Positions 9,968 through 20,061 of a stretch of DNA of 64,000 nucleotides are shown here, piece after piece. The translations under genes were made by a program, and so were the position numbers. Position 1 is the stretch's first letter, and every line of letters begins with the position of its first letter. The DNA comes from an uncultured Planctomycetia bacterium. GTDB lineage: Bacteria > Omnitrophota > Gorgyraeia > Duberdicusellales > 4484-171. Below the pieces are notes generated by a model. The model was not told the DNA's origin, ran no database searches, and was given only the letters and a program-made list of their open reading frames with translations. The stretch is from NCBI GenBank assembly GCA_964489445.1, contig CAZAYU010000006.1:53518-117517 (forward strand), read 5' to 3'.

Positions 9968-10774
9968 CTAATTTTGCTTAACAGATTTTACGACAATAAA
10001 CCATCCTGTTAAGTCCTTGCTTTTTTTTTGCCTTCCCAACCACTTAAAGAACAAAACACACCTTTGAGCAATCCTGTCTACAATATCATCACTTATGAAT
10101 TTTCTTAATAAACACAATATGCTGTTAACTGGGCTAACTATATGAACAATCACTTCTACCTCCTGAATATCCAACCCGACTTCCTTAAATATTCTTCTAA
10201 TTGAATTCAAATGATAAAAACGACTCAAATATGGCTTAAATTTAAAAATCTCTTGTAACTTAAGCATTGAATAAAAATTAATGTTACTCTTATTGTTAAG
10301 AGCGATTATCATACACCCATCAGGGCTAAGTACTCGTTTTAATTCCCAGAGCGATTTTTTTAAATCATCGGAAACTACAAAATGATCCAAGGTAGAAGTA
10401 GATAGAATAAGACTGAATGCATCTTCTTTAAAAGGCAAGTTTCTTACATCAGCAGTTAAATAGCGATGCTTGAATCCTTTACCATCCATTTTATTATTTG
10501 CAATTTTGGTTATATCTTCAGAAACGTCTAAAGCAAAAATTTCCATTTCTCTGTTTTTTAAGGAAAATAACACTTGATCCGCACCAAATGCTTCCTCACA
10601 AAGATCAGTTTTAAGCAATCTTACCTGTTTTAAATTACTGCTCCATTTTTTGACTAAGCATATGAATTCGTTTGATTTATACTCTCCTAGCACGGGATAA
10701 ATACCCAGACACTTTGACTTATTCTCAGCAAGCTTATCCCAAAACTTCTTTGTACTAATTTGTTTTCCAGACAT
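9968..10774 (-). CDS. class I SAM-dependent methyltransferase
   Basis: ALDVS, ADVRNLPFKEDAFSLILS, LKRVLSPDG. Confidence 0.8.
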   Translation of the reverse strand: MSGKQISTKKFWDKLAENKSKCLGIYPVLGEYKSNEFICLVKKWSSNLKQVRLLKTDLCEEAFGADQVLFSLKNREMEIFALDVSEDITKIANNKMDGKGFKHRYLTADVRNLPFKEDAFSLILSTSTLDHFVVSDDLKKSLWELKRVLSPDGCMIIALNNKSNINFYSMLKLQEIFKFKPYLSRFYHLNSIRRIFKEVGLDIQEVEVIVHIVSPVNSILCLLRKFISDDIVDRIAQRCVLFFKWLGRQKKSKDLTGWFIVVKSVKQN

Positions 10775-10864
10775 ATCTAAAAATTACCAACATTCCTATT
10801 TATCGGCCAAAAACAATACTTGAATTGCAAAAAACATTTACTGCTGCACAACAGAGTAAGCCCC

Positions 10865-11947
10865 TCACGCACTGCAAAGTGCATTCTTTACCTTATTAAA
10901 CATTTCTCGATAGCCCTCTTTGTAGCACCCTCTAAATATTAAACAATCCACCATTTTACACCGCCGCATTTCTCTAAATGTTTGAGCTGCCCTCTCTGAT
11001 TTCCAAATATCCTTTAATGAATCGTTAGCTAGGTTACCAATGGGTTCCCGAAATAGACAAACGCGAAGATTGCCATCCTGTTTTATGAATATGTGGCTGG
11101 CAATAATTTCACAATATTTTTTCTTAAGCTGCGCCGAGAAATGATAATAAGCTTTGAGGCGCGCAAACTGTTGTCTAGAGTTAACTATTCCCTTGTTGTA
11201 TTTTTTTCTTCTTACTACCTCACTGATAACATAATCTAGTTTTTTTAAATCCTGGGGGAACAAATAATGTTCCTTGGGAAAACTGAGTTTTTCCGTACCA
11301 CCTGTCATGTTGATGAGCCCCTGAAAGGAAATCTGTATTTTATGCCTATAAGCAAAATTACAGAGATCTAAAATTTCATCTAAATTGTCATCCATAATTG
11401 TGGTATTGATTTGAATCGGAACTTTTCCTTTCAAATGGTCTATCGTCTCCATCACTTTATGGTATGTTCCCTTTATCCCCCTTAGTTTATCGTGCGTCTG
11501 AGGCTGAAAACCATCAAGAGAAATGTTTATCAATGCCGGGTTATTCTTCCTTAATTCCTTGGCTAAACTCTCGGTCATTATTGTTCCATTCGTGGTTATT
11601 AACGGGCTGATATCATTTTGTGAACAAAAATTGATTAATTCCAAAAGGTCTCCTCTACAAAACGGCTCACCTCCATAAAAACGTAAAAAATAGGGACCAA
11701 TGTAGCTTTTTATATCTAAAATAATATTCTTCCATTGCTCAGTTGAAAGTTCTTTGAAGCCAGACATTTTCCATTCCGGACACTGCTGACATTTTAAATT
11801 ACATTTTAGAGTCAACCTTAAATCTATTAAATTAGGCGGCAAATAAAGATTTTTGCCGGATAACGATGAAATTTTTCGAAAAAATTCATTTTTTAAAAAT
11901 CTTACCCCAGAATTAAAAATGATTGTTGACTTTATTCTCATACCCAT
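10865..11947 (-). CDS. radical SAM/twitch protein
   Basis: CNLKCQQC, GGEPF, ISLDG, C...DGNLRVC...IGNL...W, C-terminal Cys cluster. Confidence 0.9.
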   Translation of the reverse strand: MGMRIKSTIIFNSGVRFLKNEFFRKISSLSGKNLYLPPNLIDLRLTLKCNLKCQQCPEWKMSGFKELSTEQWKNIILDIKSYIGPYFLRFYGGEPFCRGDLLELINFCSQNDISPLITTNGTIMTESLAKELRKNNPALINISLDGFQPQTHDKLRGIKGTYHKVMETIDHLKGKVPIQINTTIMDDNLDEILDLCNFAYRHKIQISFQGLINMTGGTEKLSFPKEHYLFPQDLKKLDYVISEVVRRKKYNKGIVNSRQQFARLKAYYHFSAQLKKKYCEIIASHIFIKQDGNLRVCLFREPIGNLANDSLKDIWKSERAAQTFREMRRCKMVDCLIFRGCYKEGYREMFNKVKNALCSA

Positions 11948-12022
11948 ATAGCAATTTACTTTTAAGCTACATATTTAACAATTGAAAAAGCACAAAAAAT
12001 ATCTCAAAATACACTAGGCATA

Positions 12023-12934
12023 TTACCAAAAGGATAAAAAATTATCTTTTAACGAGTAAGTAGAGTAAAACCCCCAAAGCTCTATCCGCTTAGTGCTATA
12101 GACTCGATCTTCATTAAAAAATTTTAGCTTTCTTCCGATAAACGGAAGACCTAATAGAAATCGATTTAAGAAACCAGGAATATTTAACGGTGGACCAACA
12201 TTGAGCGCTTTGCTAAAAACATTAAAAAGCTCATAAGCCGTAAACACTTCTTTATCGGCAATAAAAAACGAACCTTTAAGAAATTCTTTTTTACTTAAAG
12301 AAAAAATCATTGCTTCAACAACATTTTTCACAAAAATCATGTGAAGTTTTCTTTTTCCGTTATCAACTAATGGTAAAATTCGATGTTTTAGGCCAAACAA
12401 TATTCGTCCTGCCATATGTGAAGCACCTTTTCCGTAGACCATGCAAGGACGGAGAATAACAGCTCTTAAACCTTTTTTGCGATATTCACAGACTTTTTTC
12501 TCGCCTTCTATTTTGGACTCACCATAAATACTTGTCGCTCGGAATGGTAAATCTTCTGTTAGCGGAATTTGAGAGTTTCCACTTACTACAGCTACCGAGC
12601 TTAAATAAACTACTCTTTCAACACCTAATCTTAAAGCCAACAAACAAATATTTTCGGTTCCCAGCACATTTACACAATAAAACGAAGAATGTTTTCTACT
12701 ATCCACACAACCCGCACAATGAAATATAACATCAATCTTATAATTCAAAACTTGGCTAAGGGTATCATTTCGGGTAATATCCGCATAGATAAGTTCTACC
12801 CCAAATTTCTTTATATTCTTTGCTTTATTAGAATTCCGTACCAAACAAAAAAGAGAATGTTTACGGCACTCAGTTAGTCTTTCTACTAAATGCCGACCAA
12901 TAAATCCGCTAGCCCCGGTAATTAAAATATTCAT
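12023..12934 (-). CDS. NAD-dependent epimerase/dehydratase (extended SDR)
   Basis: TGASGFIG, HCAG, SS, YGESK, LRP.MVYG. Confidence 0.9.
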   Translation of the reverse strand: MNILITGASGFIGRHLVERLTECRKHSLFCLVRNSNKAKNIKKFGVELIYADITRNDTLSQVLNYKIDVIFHCAGCVDSRKHSSFYCVNVLGTENICLLALRLGVERVVYLSSVAVVSGNSQIPLTEDLPFRATSIYGESKIEGEKKVCEYRKKGLRAVILRPCMVYGKGASHMAGRILFGLKHRILPLVDNGKRKLHMIFVKNVVEAMIFSLSKKEFLKGSFFIADKEVFTAYELFNVFSKALNVGPPLNIPGFLNRFLLGLPFIGRKLKFFNEDRVYSTKRIELWGFYSTYSLKDNFLSFW

Positions 12935-13043
12935 TTTGCCCTAATTTCTTTGCACTAACTAACTGCATAGACATTATTTTTATTACTCACTCAGGCAAAA
13001 CATATTTTAAAAATATATACTCCTCAAAGTACTTTTCTGCCTA

Positions 13044-14207
13044 TTAACTAATAACCAATTCGTAAACTTTTCTTGTTTTTTCAGCCTCAAATTGGGAATC
13101 AAACTTTTTTACACTGAAAAACGCATTATTCCCAAGATATTCCCTGAGTTGCTTATTACATATTAACTTGCTTATTGCACTAGCTAAGGAATCTACATCC
13201 GCAAGTTTGGTTAGCAAGCCATTTTCACCATCTTTAACTAATTCTTTTGCGCAAGAAAGATTAGTAAAAACAACCGCTTTCCCAGCAGCCATTGCTTCTA
13301 AGAGCACTAGGGGTAACCCTTCGTATAAAGATGGCAAAACAAAAATATCACAAATATTTAAAAAATCTTTTATATGCGCCGGAGCAACTGGGCCAATAAT
13401 TACCACTTTATCCTCAAGCTTTAATAATTTTATTTGGATCCTTATATTTTTTAACTCACCACAATCCGGACCAACAATAAACAGCTTTATATTACTGTGT
13501 TTGCCTTGATCAATAACTTTCTTAAAAGCATAAATAAGATATGTGATGCCTTTTCTGGGCAATATACGAATTACGGTCAATATTTTCACCTCATCACCTA
13601 GACCATGCATTCTCTTAAAGCAATCATTTAATTCTAAATTTTGATAATCTCTAACCCTAATACAATTCTCTTGGATTGTTGTCTTATTCTCAATATTCTT
13701 ATTTCGCATAATCTTCAGGATCTCTTCCTGCTGAACATTTGATGGACAAAATATCTGGCTAGCCCTTTTAATTATCCGTCTTCCCACAAAATAATCATAA
13801 AACATCTTCAAAAATTTCAAAACCGGATTTCTAAACTGATAGCCATACACTGTTAATAAAAAAGGAATCCCTGTCCTCTTTGAATACAAATAAACAATAT
13901 CTGTACTATAAGAGCCATACTCGAAGGCATGAATTAAATCAGGATTTTCTTTCTTTAAAACGGAAAAAAACTTAGGGATAATTCGGTAAATCTGTAAGGG
14001 ATTACTAGAAACCTTGAGTGAAATTGTTGGCAAAGTTAGTAATGTGTACCCTTTTAGGCTGCGTCGTTGTATTTCTTTCCCTTTCCCCCCGGCAATTACT
14101 ACTACATCATCAGTTTCTGAAAGTGCCGATGCTAGATTATGGACATGTTTCTCTCGACCACCAATAAAATCCGGATAAGCTGTGTGAGTTGTAAGCGCTA
14201 TTTTCAT
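13044..14207 (-). CDS. glycosyltransferase family 4
   Basis: GGREKH, RKG, DIFVLPSLYEGLPLVLLEAMAAG. Confidence 0.92.
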   Translation of the reverse strand: MKIALTTHTAYPDFIGGREKHVHNLASALSETDDVVVIAGGKGKEIQRRSLKGYTLLTLPTISLKVSSNPLQIYRIIPKFFSVLKKENPDLIHAFEYGSYSTDIVYLYSKRTGIPFLLTVYGYQFRNPVLKFLKMFYDYFVGRRIIKRASQIFCPSNVQQEEILKIMRNKNIENKTTIQENCIRVRDYQNLELNDCFKRMHGLGDEVKILTVIRILPRKGITYLIYAFKKVIDQGKHSNIKLFIVGPDCGELKNIRIQIKLLKLEDKVVIIGPVAPAHIKDFLNICDIFVLPSLYEGLPLVLLEAMAAGKAVVFTNLSCAKELVKDGENGLLTKLADVDSLASAISKLICNKQLREYLGNNAFFSVKKFDSQFEAEKTRKVYELVIS

Positions 14208-14232
14208 AGTTATTAAAATAAATAATTTTGAC

Positions 14233-14973
14233 TTATTTTATAAACGCACTCTTAGGAAATAATGTTCGCCTTTTCAAGGCCAAGGATACCACCCGAAAAA
14301 AAGCTTCAATGATTATCCCTGAGGACATTTTGGATTTTTCCTTTTTTCTCCCGCAAAAAACAATAGGCTGCTCAATTATTATGAATCCCTTCAAAAAAGC
14401 TCTATAAACCATCTCTATTTGGAAAGCATACCCCTTAGAGAGTATCGTATTAAAATTAATGTTTTCTAGCACTTTTCTCTTTACACACTTAAAACCACTG
14501 GTTAAATCATTTAGCGGAATAGCCAGCAAAATTTTAGAAAAAATATTTGCGCTTTTGCTCAATAACACTCGACTTAATGGCCAGCCCAAAACACCCCCTC
14601 CATGAATATACCGACTACCAATAACCAAATCGTATTTTTCCATCAGAGTAACCATTTCAATAATTTTTTCCGGAGAATGAGACAAATCAGCATCAATTTG
14701 GATTATAACATCAAATCCTCTAGATAACGCATAGCCAAAACCCTCAATGTACGCAGTGCCTAATCCCTGCTGACAGTCTCTGGTAATTAAATGTAGGCTA
14801 TGATGTTTTTCCTGCAGTTTTTTAACTTTTTGATATGTTTTGTCTGGAGAATTATCATCAACAACTAAGACTGATAATTGAATATTTAAGGAGTATATTC
14901 TCTGGACAAGAAAACATATATTCTCAGCTTCATTGTACGTGGGTACAATAACTATTGTCTTTCCCGTCATCAT
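14233..14973 (-). CDS. polyprenol-monophosphate glycosyltransferase (DPM1/Ppm1-like GT2)
   Basis: VPTYNEAEN, VVDDNSPD, GLGTAY..GF, DADLSH, GSRY, DLTSGF, GYAFQIE, SKMS. Confidence 0.92.
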   Translation of the reverse strand: MMTGKTIVIVPTYNEAENICFLVQRIYSLNIQLSVLVVDDNSPDKTYQKVKKLQEKHHSLHLITRDCQQGLGTAYIEGFGYALSRGFDVIIQIDADLSHSPEKIIEMVTLMEKYDLVIGSRYIHGGGVLGWPLSRVLLSKSANIFSKILLAIPLNDLTSGFKCVKRKVLENINFNTILSKGYAFQIEMVYRAFLKGFIIIEQPIVFCGRKKEKSKMSSGIIIEAFFRVVSLALKRRTLFPKSAFIK

Positions 14974-15031
14974 CTAACCAATCACTTTTTTTTAATAACC
15001 GACCCTTAGCGCTTATTGAGATATGGCCTAC

Positions 15032-16327
15032 CTATAAAAAACCAGAAATTTTTTTGCTTTCAATAATTACATCTTCCATTGATAAATAACGCCAGCCACC
15101 AAATCGGCCGCAGACAATAATGTTATTTTTTAAGAAAAATTGTAAAATTTTCTTCCGAGCCTCAGTATACTGTTTATCATAGATTACATATGCATACTTC
15201 AAATCATTCACGTTACAACAGCAAATTTTATTGCTGCTTTTTAGAATTCCTGTTCTTCGTAATGCTAACTCAACTTCTGATAAGATTGTTTTTTGATCAA
15301 AATCTTTTTGTCCTAGATAAGTTAGTTCAATATATAATGAGCTACTATTCTTCGGAGTTAAAGCTAAAGAAAAATTATGAAAAAATCCTACACGAAAAAA
15401 TGGTATATTCTTTTGCGGAAAATAGACCCAATGAGATTTTGGCCAAACACTGCCGGTTACCCCCAGGTTAATGTTGTACACCGAAAGCCAATTAAGTTTA
15501 TCCAGAGAAGACAATATACCCTTTGGCAATTCTTCGGTAATTCGCCCTAGCTCTGGCAATGGCATAGTAGATACGAGGGTATCAAACTTCTCTTTTCGCC
15601 CACTTTCAAACTCGATGCTCTTTCCTGTTAAATTAATCCTTGTTAACCGCTGGTTTAATTCTATTTTTTCTGTTTTTCGAGAAAATGCACCCACCAGCTC
15701 TTCTATACCTCCTTGTTTAGGATACCAAAAAAAATGGTTATACCCATAATTCTTCTGCCTGCAATCGTTAGATTGATGCTTAAAGTCATCAGGAGAAGGA
15801 ACAACAACAAACCTTTCCGCCCAGTCAGCCATGATATCCTGTAAAGGAAACCTCCAAAACTTTTGATTATAAGGAATCATGAAATATCGAGCAATCCCTG
15901 CACCAAATTTTTTATTTATCCATTCTAGTAAATTTTTTGCAGCAAACTTACTCTTCTTAGCCCGTGACACTTTCATGAAGTTAGATAGGCAATCTTGGGC
16001 GATCTTTTTAGAAAGATAGTTAAAATGCACCTGAAAAGGATAGGGAATATATTTTTTAGATACTCTCACATATGCATTTCTTTTGTGTTTAACAAGGTTT
16101 CCTCCAATTATTTTTTTCACTAAAGCTAAAATTTTTGGATTACGGAAATGTAAGATATGCCCACTATAATCAAAAATAAACCCACGCTTATGAATAGACC
16201 TACATAATCCTCCTGGCTCTTTTTCTTTTTCAAAGATATAAGCTTTTTTCCTTTTTTTATGCAGAAAATAATTTAATGATAATCCGGATAATCCTGCTCC
16301 AATAATTATATTTTTTTTCTTACTCAT
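15032..16327 (-). CDS. FAD-dependent oxidoreductase (protoporphyrinogen oxidase/UDP-galactopyranose mutase-like)
   Basis: IIGAGLSGL, EK...GGLCRS, FDYSGHILH, PYNQKFW, FWYPKQGG, AYVIYD, GRFGGWRY. Confidence 0.8.
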   Translation of the reverse strand: MSKKKNIIIGAGLSGLSLNYFLHKKRKKAYIFEKEKEPGGLCRSIHKRGFIFDYSGHILHFRNPKILALVKKIIGGNLVKHKRNAYVRVSKKYIPYPFQVHFNYLSKKIAQDCLSNFMKVSRAKKSKFAAKNLLEWINKKFGAGIARYFMIPYNQKFWRFPLQDIMADWAERFVVVPSPDDFKHQSNDCRQKNYGYNHFFWYPKQGGIEELVGAFSRKTEKIELNQRLTRINLTGKSIEFESGRKEKFDTLVSTMPLPELGRITEELPKGILSSLDKLNWLSVYNINLGVTGSVWPKSHWVYFPQKNIPFFRVGFFHNFSLALTPKNSSSLYIELTYLGQKDFDQKTILSEVELALRRTGILKSSNKICCCNVNDLKYAYVIYDKQYTEARKKILQFFLKNNIIVCGRFGGWRYLSMEDVIIESKKISGFL

Positions 16328-16388
16328 TAGAAATTACCAATAATTATATTTTTTTTAAAAAGAGTGGCATAACTAAAATAGCCAGAAA

Positions 16389-17495
16389 CTATTTCTTCAA
16401 ATCTAAATGTTTTTCAATTTCTTCTAAAAAAGCGGTTAATTTGTGTAAGTTTTGGTTAACATCCTGAGAATCGCAATTGATTTGTTGTAAAGTTTGATCA
16501 ACTATCTGTGTATTGTTAATAATCTTTCCTAATAAATCAACTACTTCTAAAAACCTTTCCTTAAGTAACCCTAAATCACTAGTCGTTATCTCTTTCGCCT
16601 CTAAAAAATTATCATTCAATGATCTTAATTCACTATTAACGGTCTCATGTTTTATAGATAACTCCTGAAATAGACGAATGATCTCAAAAGAATTACCATT
16701 AATAGTTCTTACATCCTCATGGAAAAGCCCTAAAAGCTGTTTTAATTCTTCATTCTTGTTTGCAAAAACATGCAATAAATTATTTATTTCGACAAAGGCC
16801 TCTTTAAAGGACTTTAAATCAGCTTCCACAGACTCTTGGAACGCCTTATCTTGTTTAACCGTTTGGTCTAAAAAGTTGTTCGTACTCAACGATACGTCAT
16901 TTAGAGACTTTAAACCAGCTCCCACAGACTCTTGGAATATTTTGTCCTGTTCAACTGTCTGGCTTAAGGAGTTATCTACGCTTAGGGATACGTCATTTAG
17001 AGACTTTAAACCAGCTCCCACAGACTCTTGGAATATCTTATCCTGTTCAACTGTCTGGCTTAAGGAGTTATCTACGCTTAGGGATACGTCATTTAGAGAC
17101 TTTAAATTGGCTCCCACAGACTTTTGGAATATTTTGTCCTGTTCAGCTGTCTGGCTTAAGGAGTTATTTACGCTTAGGGATACGTCATTTAGAGACTTTA
17201 AACCAGCCCCCACAGACTCTTGGAATATCTTATCCTGTTTATTCATTTGATTTAAGGAGCTAACTACTATGCTTAAACTTTTCACAATTGAAACATTGTA
17301 TATTTTTATATTAAAAATAAAATCACCGATATTAGCTAAAAATCTAAACACAACAGCAACAACCGCCCCAGTTAATAAAACAACACTATACTTCTCCCAA
17401 GAGCCGGCACACCAGATTCCTCCAAGTATAGCGCCAATAAATAATGCACTCCAAGAAAAAGCTATCAACGCCCAACCTATGAATGTACGTTGCAT
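16389..17495 (-). CDS. membrane-anchored (2 TM) coiled-coil protein with 32-aa tandem repeats
   Basis: Two N-terminal hydrophobic helices, then QDKIFQESVGAGLKSLNDVSLSVDNSLSQTVE repeats and a heptad-rich tail; AAGGGGG SD. Confidence 0.8.
   Translation of the reverse strand: MQRTFIGWALIAFSWSALFIGAILGGIWCAGSWEKYSVVLLTGAVVAVVFRFLANIGDFIFNIKIYNVSIVKSLSIVVSSLNQMNKQDKIFQESVGAGLKSLNDVSLSVNNSLSQTAEQDKIFQKSVGANLKSLNDVSLSVDNSLSQTVEQDKIFQESVGAGLKSLNDVSLSVDNSLSQTVEQDKIFQESVGAGLKSLNDVSLSTNNFLDQTVKQDKAFQESVEADLKSFKEAFVEINNLLHVFANKNEELKQLLGLFHEDVRTINGNSFEIIRLFQELSIKHETVNSELRSLNDNFLEAKEITTSDLGLLKERFLEVVDLLGKIINNTQIVDQTLQQINCDSQDVNQNLHKLTAFLEEIEKHLDLKK
16803..17237. repeat. 96-bp in-frame tandem repeat, about 4.5 copies
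   Basis: cccacagactcttggaatat recurs at 16921 and 17017 (96-bp period), with further near-identical units on both sides. Confidence 0.95.
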
Positions 17496-18838
17496 ACTAC
17501 CCCCTTATTTACTAACAATTTTTTTTGTGAATCAAGCAATAAATTAAAAATGCCTGGAATTTCTGCGTTTAAGCCATTGAGCCACTTGTCAAAATTAAGC
17601 GTGAACGCTTTTATTAATCTTTGATTTACAATAGGATGCTTCTTAATAAGAAAATCCTCCCAATTATTATGTAAATCCAACATTAATAGCAACCTTTTAG
17701 AAAATAGCGATAGGCTGGTATCCCTGCCCCCTAATATATTTTCCAGTAAAATATTCAGAGTTCCGCCAATAAATACAGAATCTACTAATCTTTTTTTTAA
17801 AAGATTACCGGTTAAAAGAGCAAATACTAAAAAATTTTGAAAAAAACCAGAACGCTTATTTAATAATGTTCGTAATGAACTACTTTTTGAATCTAAATGA
17901 TAAAAAAAAGTCAAATCTACCATACTAAAGTATAAAACAGAAAAAGGGATATTTCTTATATCTTGTATTGAATTTTTTTTCTGATAAATGAACAAAAAAT
18001 CCTGGAAAAAAAGATACATGCAAAGTAAAAAATCAATATACATTAACTTTAATCTTTTATGTAAAAAGTCATCGGTCATAAATCTATTGGCTAAACCAAT
18101 ATTCTCCTTTATCTTCACCGACAATTTTTGATAATCACGATAGTACCCTTTTCCCTGATGATACATGAAATTCCAATTCCAATACGCACTAAACAAAGAA
18201 GAAAGGCTGTCCTTTTTTGTATGGTAGACTAGGGCTTCAGGCACATAGACTAAACTGTATCCCAACCTTTTAACTTTCTTTGATATATCCACATCCTCAT
18301 AGTTAGTCGCATATTTTTCATTATAGCCACCTGAGTTTAAAATACATTTTTTCCGAAAAACTGTGTTAGATCCAAATAAAAACCGAATCGAACTTGTTTT
18401 TTTCTCTCCCCACTCCTGTTTCATATGAACCGCACGCCAAGAATCAATGATGTGCTTTGTCTTTCTTTCCAGCATTCTCCCCCCCACACCCCCTACTTTT
18501 GGTGAAATAAAACTATTCATTAAATTTTCAAGCCATTTTTCATCAACTACACAATCTGCATCTACAGCTGCTATAAACTCACCATTGGAACTTTTAACTG
18601 CTGTATTTCTTACTGCCGCTAACCCTTTGTTGGTTTTGTGTTTGATTAATTTAACTGGAAATTTTAAGGCTAATTTGCTGGTTTCATCTACGGAGCCATC
18701 GTCAATAACCAATATTTCTTCTATCGGATAAGACTGTTTTAAAACCGCCTTTAGGCAACGTTCAATATACTCTGCCGCATTAAAGCATGGTATATAAACA
18801 GTAACTTTAAACTTTGCAGTATTTCTTTTTTTACTCAT
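17477..18838 (-). CDS. glycosyltransferase family 2 with C-terminal helical extension
   Basis: VYIPCFN, IDDGSVD, GLAAVRN, VDADC, YEDVD. Confidence 0.9.
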   Translation of the reverse strand: MSKKRNTAKFKVTVYIPCFNAAEYIERCLKAVLKQSYPIEEILVIDDGSVDETSKLALKFPVKLIKHKTNKGLAAVRNTAVKSSNGEFIAAVDADCVVDEKWLENLMNSFISPKVGGVGGRMLERKTKHIIDSWRAVHMKQEWGEKKTSSIRFLFGSNTVFRKKCILNSGGYNEKYATNYEDVDISKKVKRLGYSLVYVPEALVYHTKKDSLSSLFSAYWNWNFMYHQGKGYYRDYQKLSVKIKENIGLANRFMTDDFLHKRLKLMYIDFLLCMYLFFQDFLFIYQKKNSIQDIRNIPFSVLYFSMVDLTFFYHLDSKSSSLRTLLNKRSGFFQNFLVFALLTGNLLKKRLVDSVFIGGTLNILLENILGGRDTSLSLFSKRLLLMLDLHNNWEDFLIKKHPIVNQRLIKAFTLNFDKWLNGLNAEIPGIFNLLLDSQKKLLVNKGVVCNVHS

Positions 18839-20061
18839 CTCAACGTTTTGAGCTTTTCTTCTAATATTTTTTCTGTTTCGTCTAGTTCTGCCAATAAGGA
18901 ATTTATTCTTTCCTTACTAATTTCTTTATCTATCTTAAGTTGAGACATTTTGTTTCTTTTTCCCAAATAACCTTTAAATCGCCTCAATAAAGCAAATAAT
19001 GGTTCTCGACACAAAAGATAAAATCTTAATCTTTTTAACCACCTTTCGCATAGCTTAACGAAATAAACAGATAACCCATTTTTTTTAACTAATACAGCAT
19101 TAAAACTCAGCCTGCTCTTTAAGTTGTCCTGTTTAAACGATTCATCGTAGCAGCTCATCATGCAACCCACACAGCCTTTACTCTTTATTTTTTCGCGTAT
19201 CCGATTATGATGTGCAGAATCCCATAAATCAAACAACTGTCGCTCTTTAATATTACCAATAAGTTGTTTTTTATCTTTAATAACCCAGCATGGATAGATG
19301 TCCCCGTTTGAAGTTATCGGGCATGAAGCCCATAACGCACCACAAGCACTCCCATTAATAGATTGTTTGCTTAAATAGAGTGGTATCTTTTGCAAGTAAG
19401 CCTGTGGATTGGTAGCAATCCCAGTTTTTTGACAAAATATTATAATTTTTTCCATTATCTGTTTTAAAGCATGCGCTTGCTGAATAGAAATAAAAAAATC
19501 CGACTCCCGCGTTCGATCGTTCATGAATAATGCATTAAACGGCTGAAATTTTAACGTAGTAACTTTATGCTGAAGAGCTATTTCGGCAATTGTATACAAA
19601 TGCCGAAAATTATACTGAGAAACTGTTGAAGCAATTGTTGCTTCGATCTTATTCTTGTTTAGATTACATAAAGCAGAGATTGCTTTTTGGAAAGAGCCTG
19701 GCCCTCTTAATGAATCATTAACTTCTTGCGGCCCCTCTATTGAAATATTAACAACATCTGTCCCAACTTCAGCTAAAGCAAAAGCAATCTTTTCATTTAT
19801 TAAGCTTCCATTCGAAGTAATACATACTCGCATATGTTTTTTTTTAGTGAATAAAATCAAATCAAATATATCATCCCTTAATAACGGTTCGCCACCAGAA
19901 AAAACTACTGTCGGAGCGCCAATTCTAAACGCATCCTCAATAATTTGCTTGCATTGCACATTAGGAATATCCTGAGGTTTGTTTTTAGGAACTTCACACA
20001 TCTTGCAGGAGGAATTACAGCGATTAGTTATCGAAATAATAACTTCTTTTGGACTATGCAT
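18835..20061 (-). CDS. radical SAM/twitch protein (CKMC subfamily)
   Basis: CNSSCKMC, SGGEPL, FQPF, C...GDIYPCW, IGNI, CVGCMMSC. Confidence 0.92.
   Translation of the reverse strand: MHSPKEVIISITNRCNSSCKMCEVPKNKPQDIPNVQCKQIIEDAFRIGAPTVVFSGGEPLLRDDIFDLILFTKKKHMRVCITSNGSLINEKIAFALAEVGTDVVNISIEGPQEVNDSLRGPGSFQKAISALCNLNKNKIEATIASTVSQYNFRHLYTIAEIALQHKVTTLKFQPFNALFMNDRTRESDFFISIQQAHALKQIMEKIIIFCQKTGIATNPQAYLQKIPLYLSKQSINGSACGALWASCPITSNGDIYPCWVIKDKKQLIGNIKERQLFDLWDSAHHNRIREKIKSKGCVGCMMSCYDESFKQDNLKSRLSFNAVLVKKNGLSVYFVKLCERWLKRLRFYLLCREPLFALLRRFKGYLGKRNKMSQLKIDKEISKERINSLLAELDETEKILEEKLKTLR

Noticed and set aside
10021-10029. Poly-A/T tracts as phase-variation switches
   Set aside because: Runs of 8-9 A/T are frequent in this AT-rich DNA and the host genes are in frame; no long poly-G/C tracts were noticed.
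16803-17237. Possible CRISPR array
   Set aside because: The units are contiguous, 96 bp, in frame and have no unique spacers; no cas genes are present.
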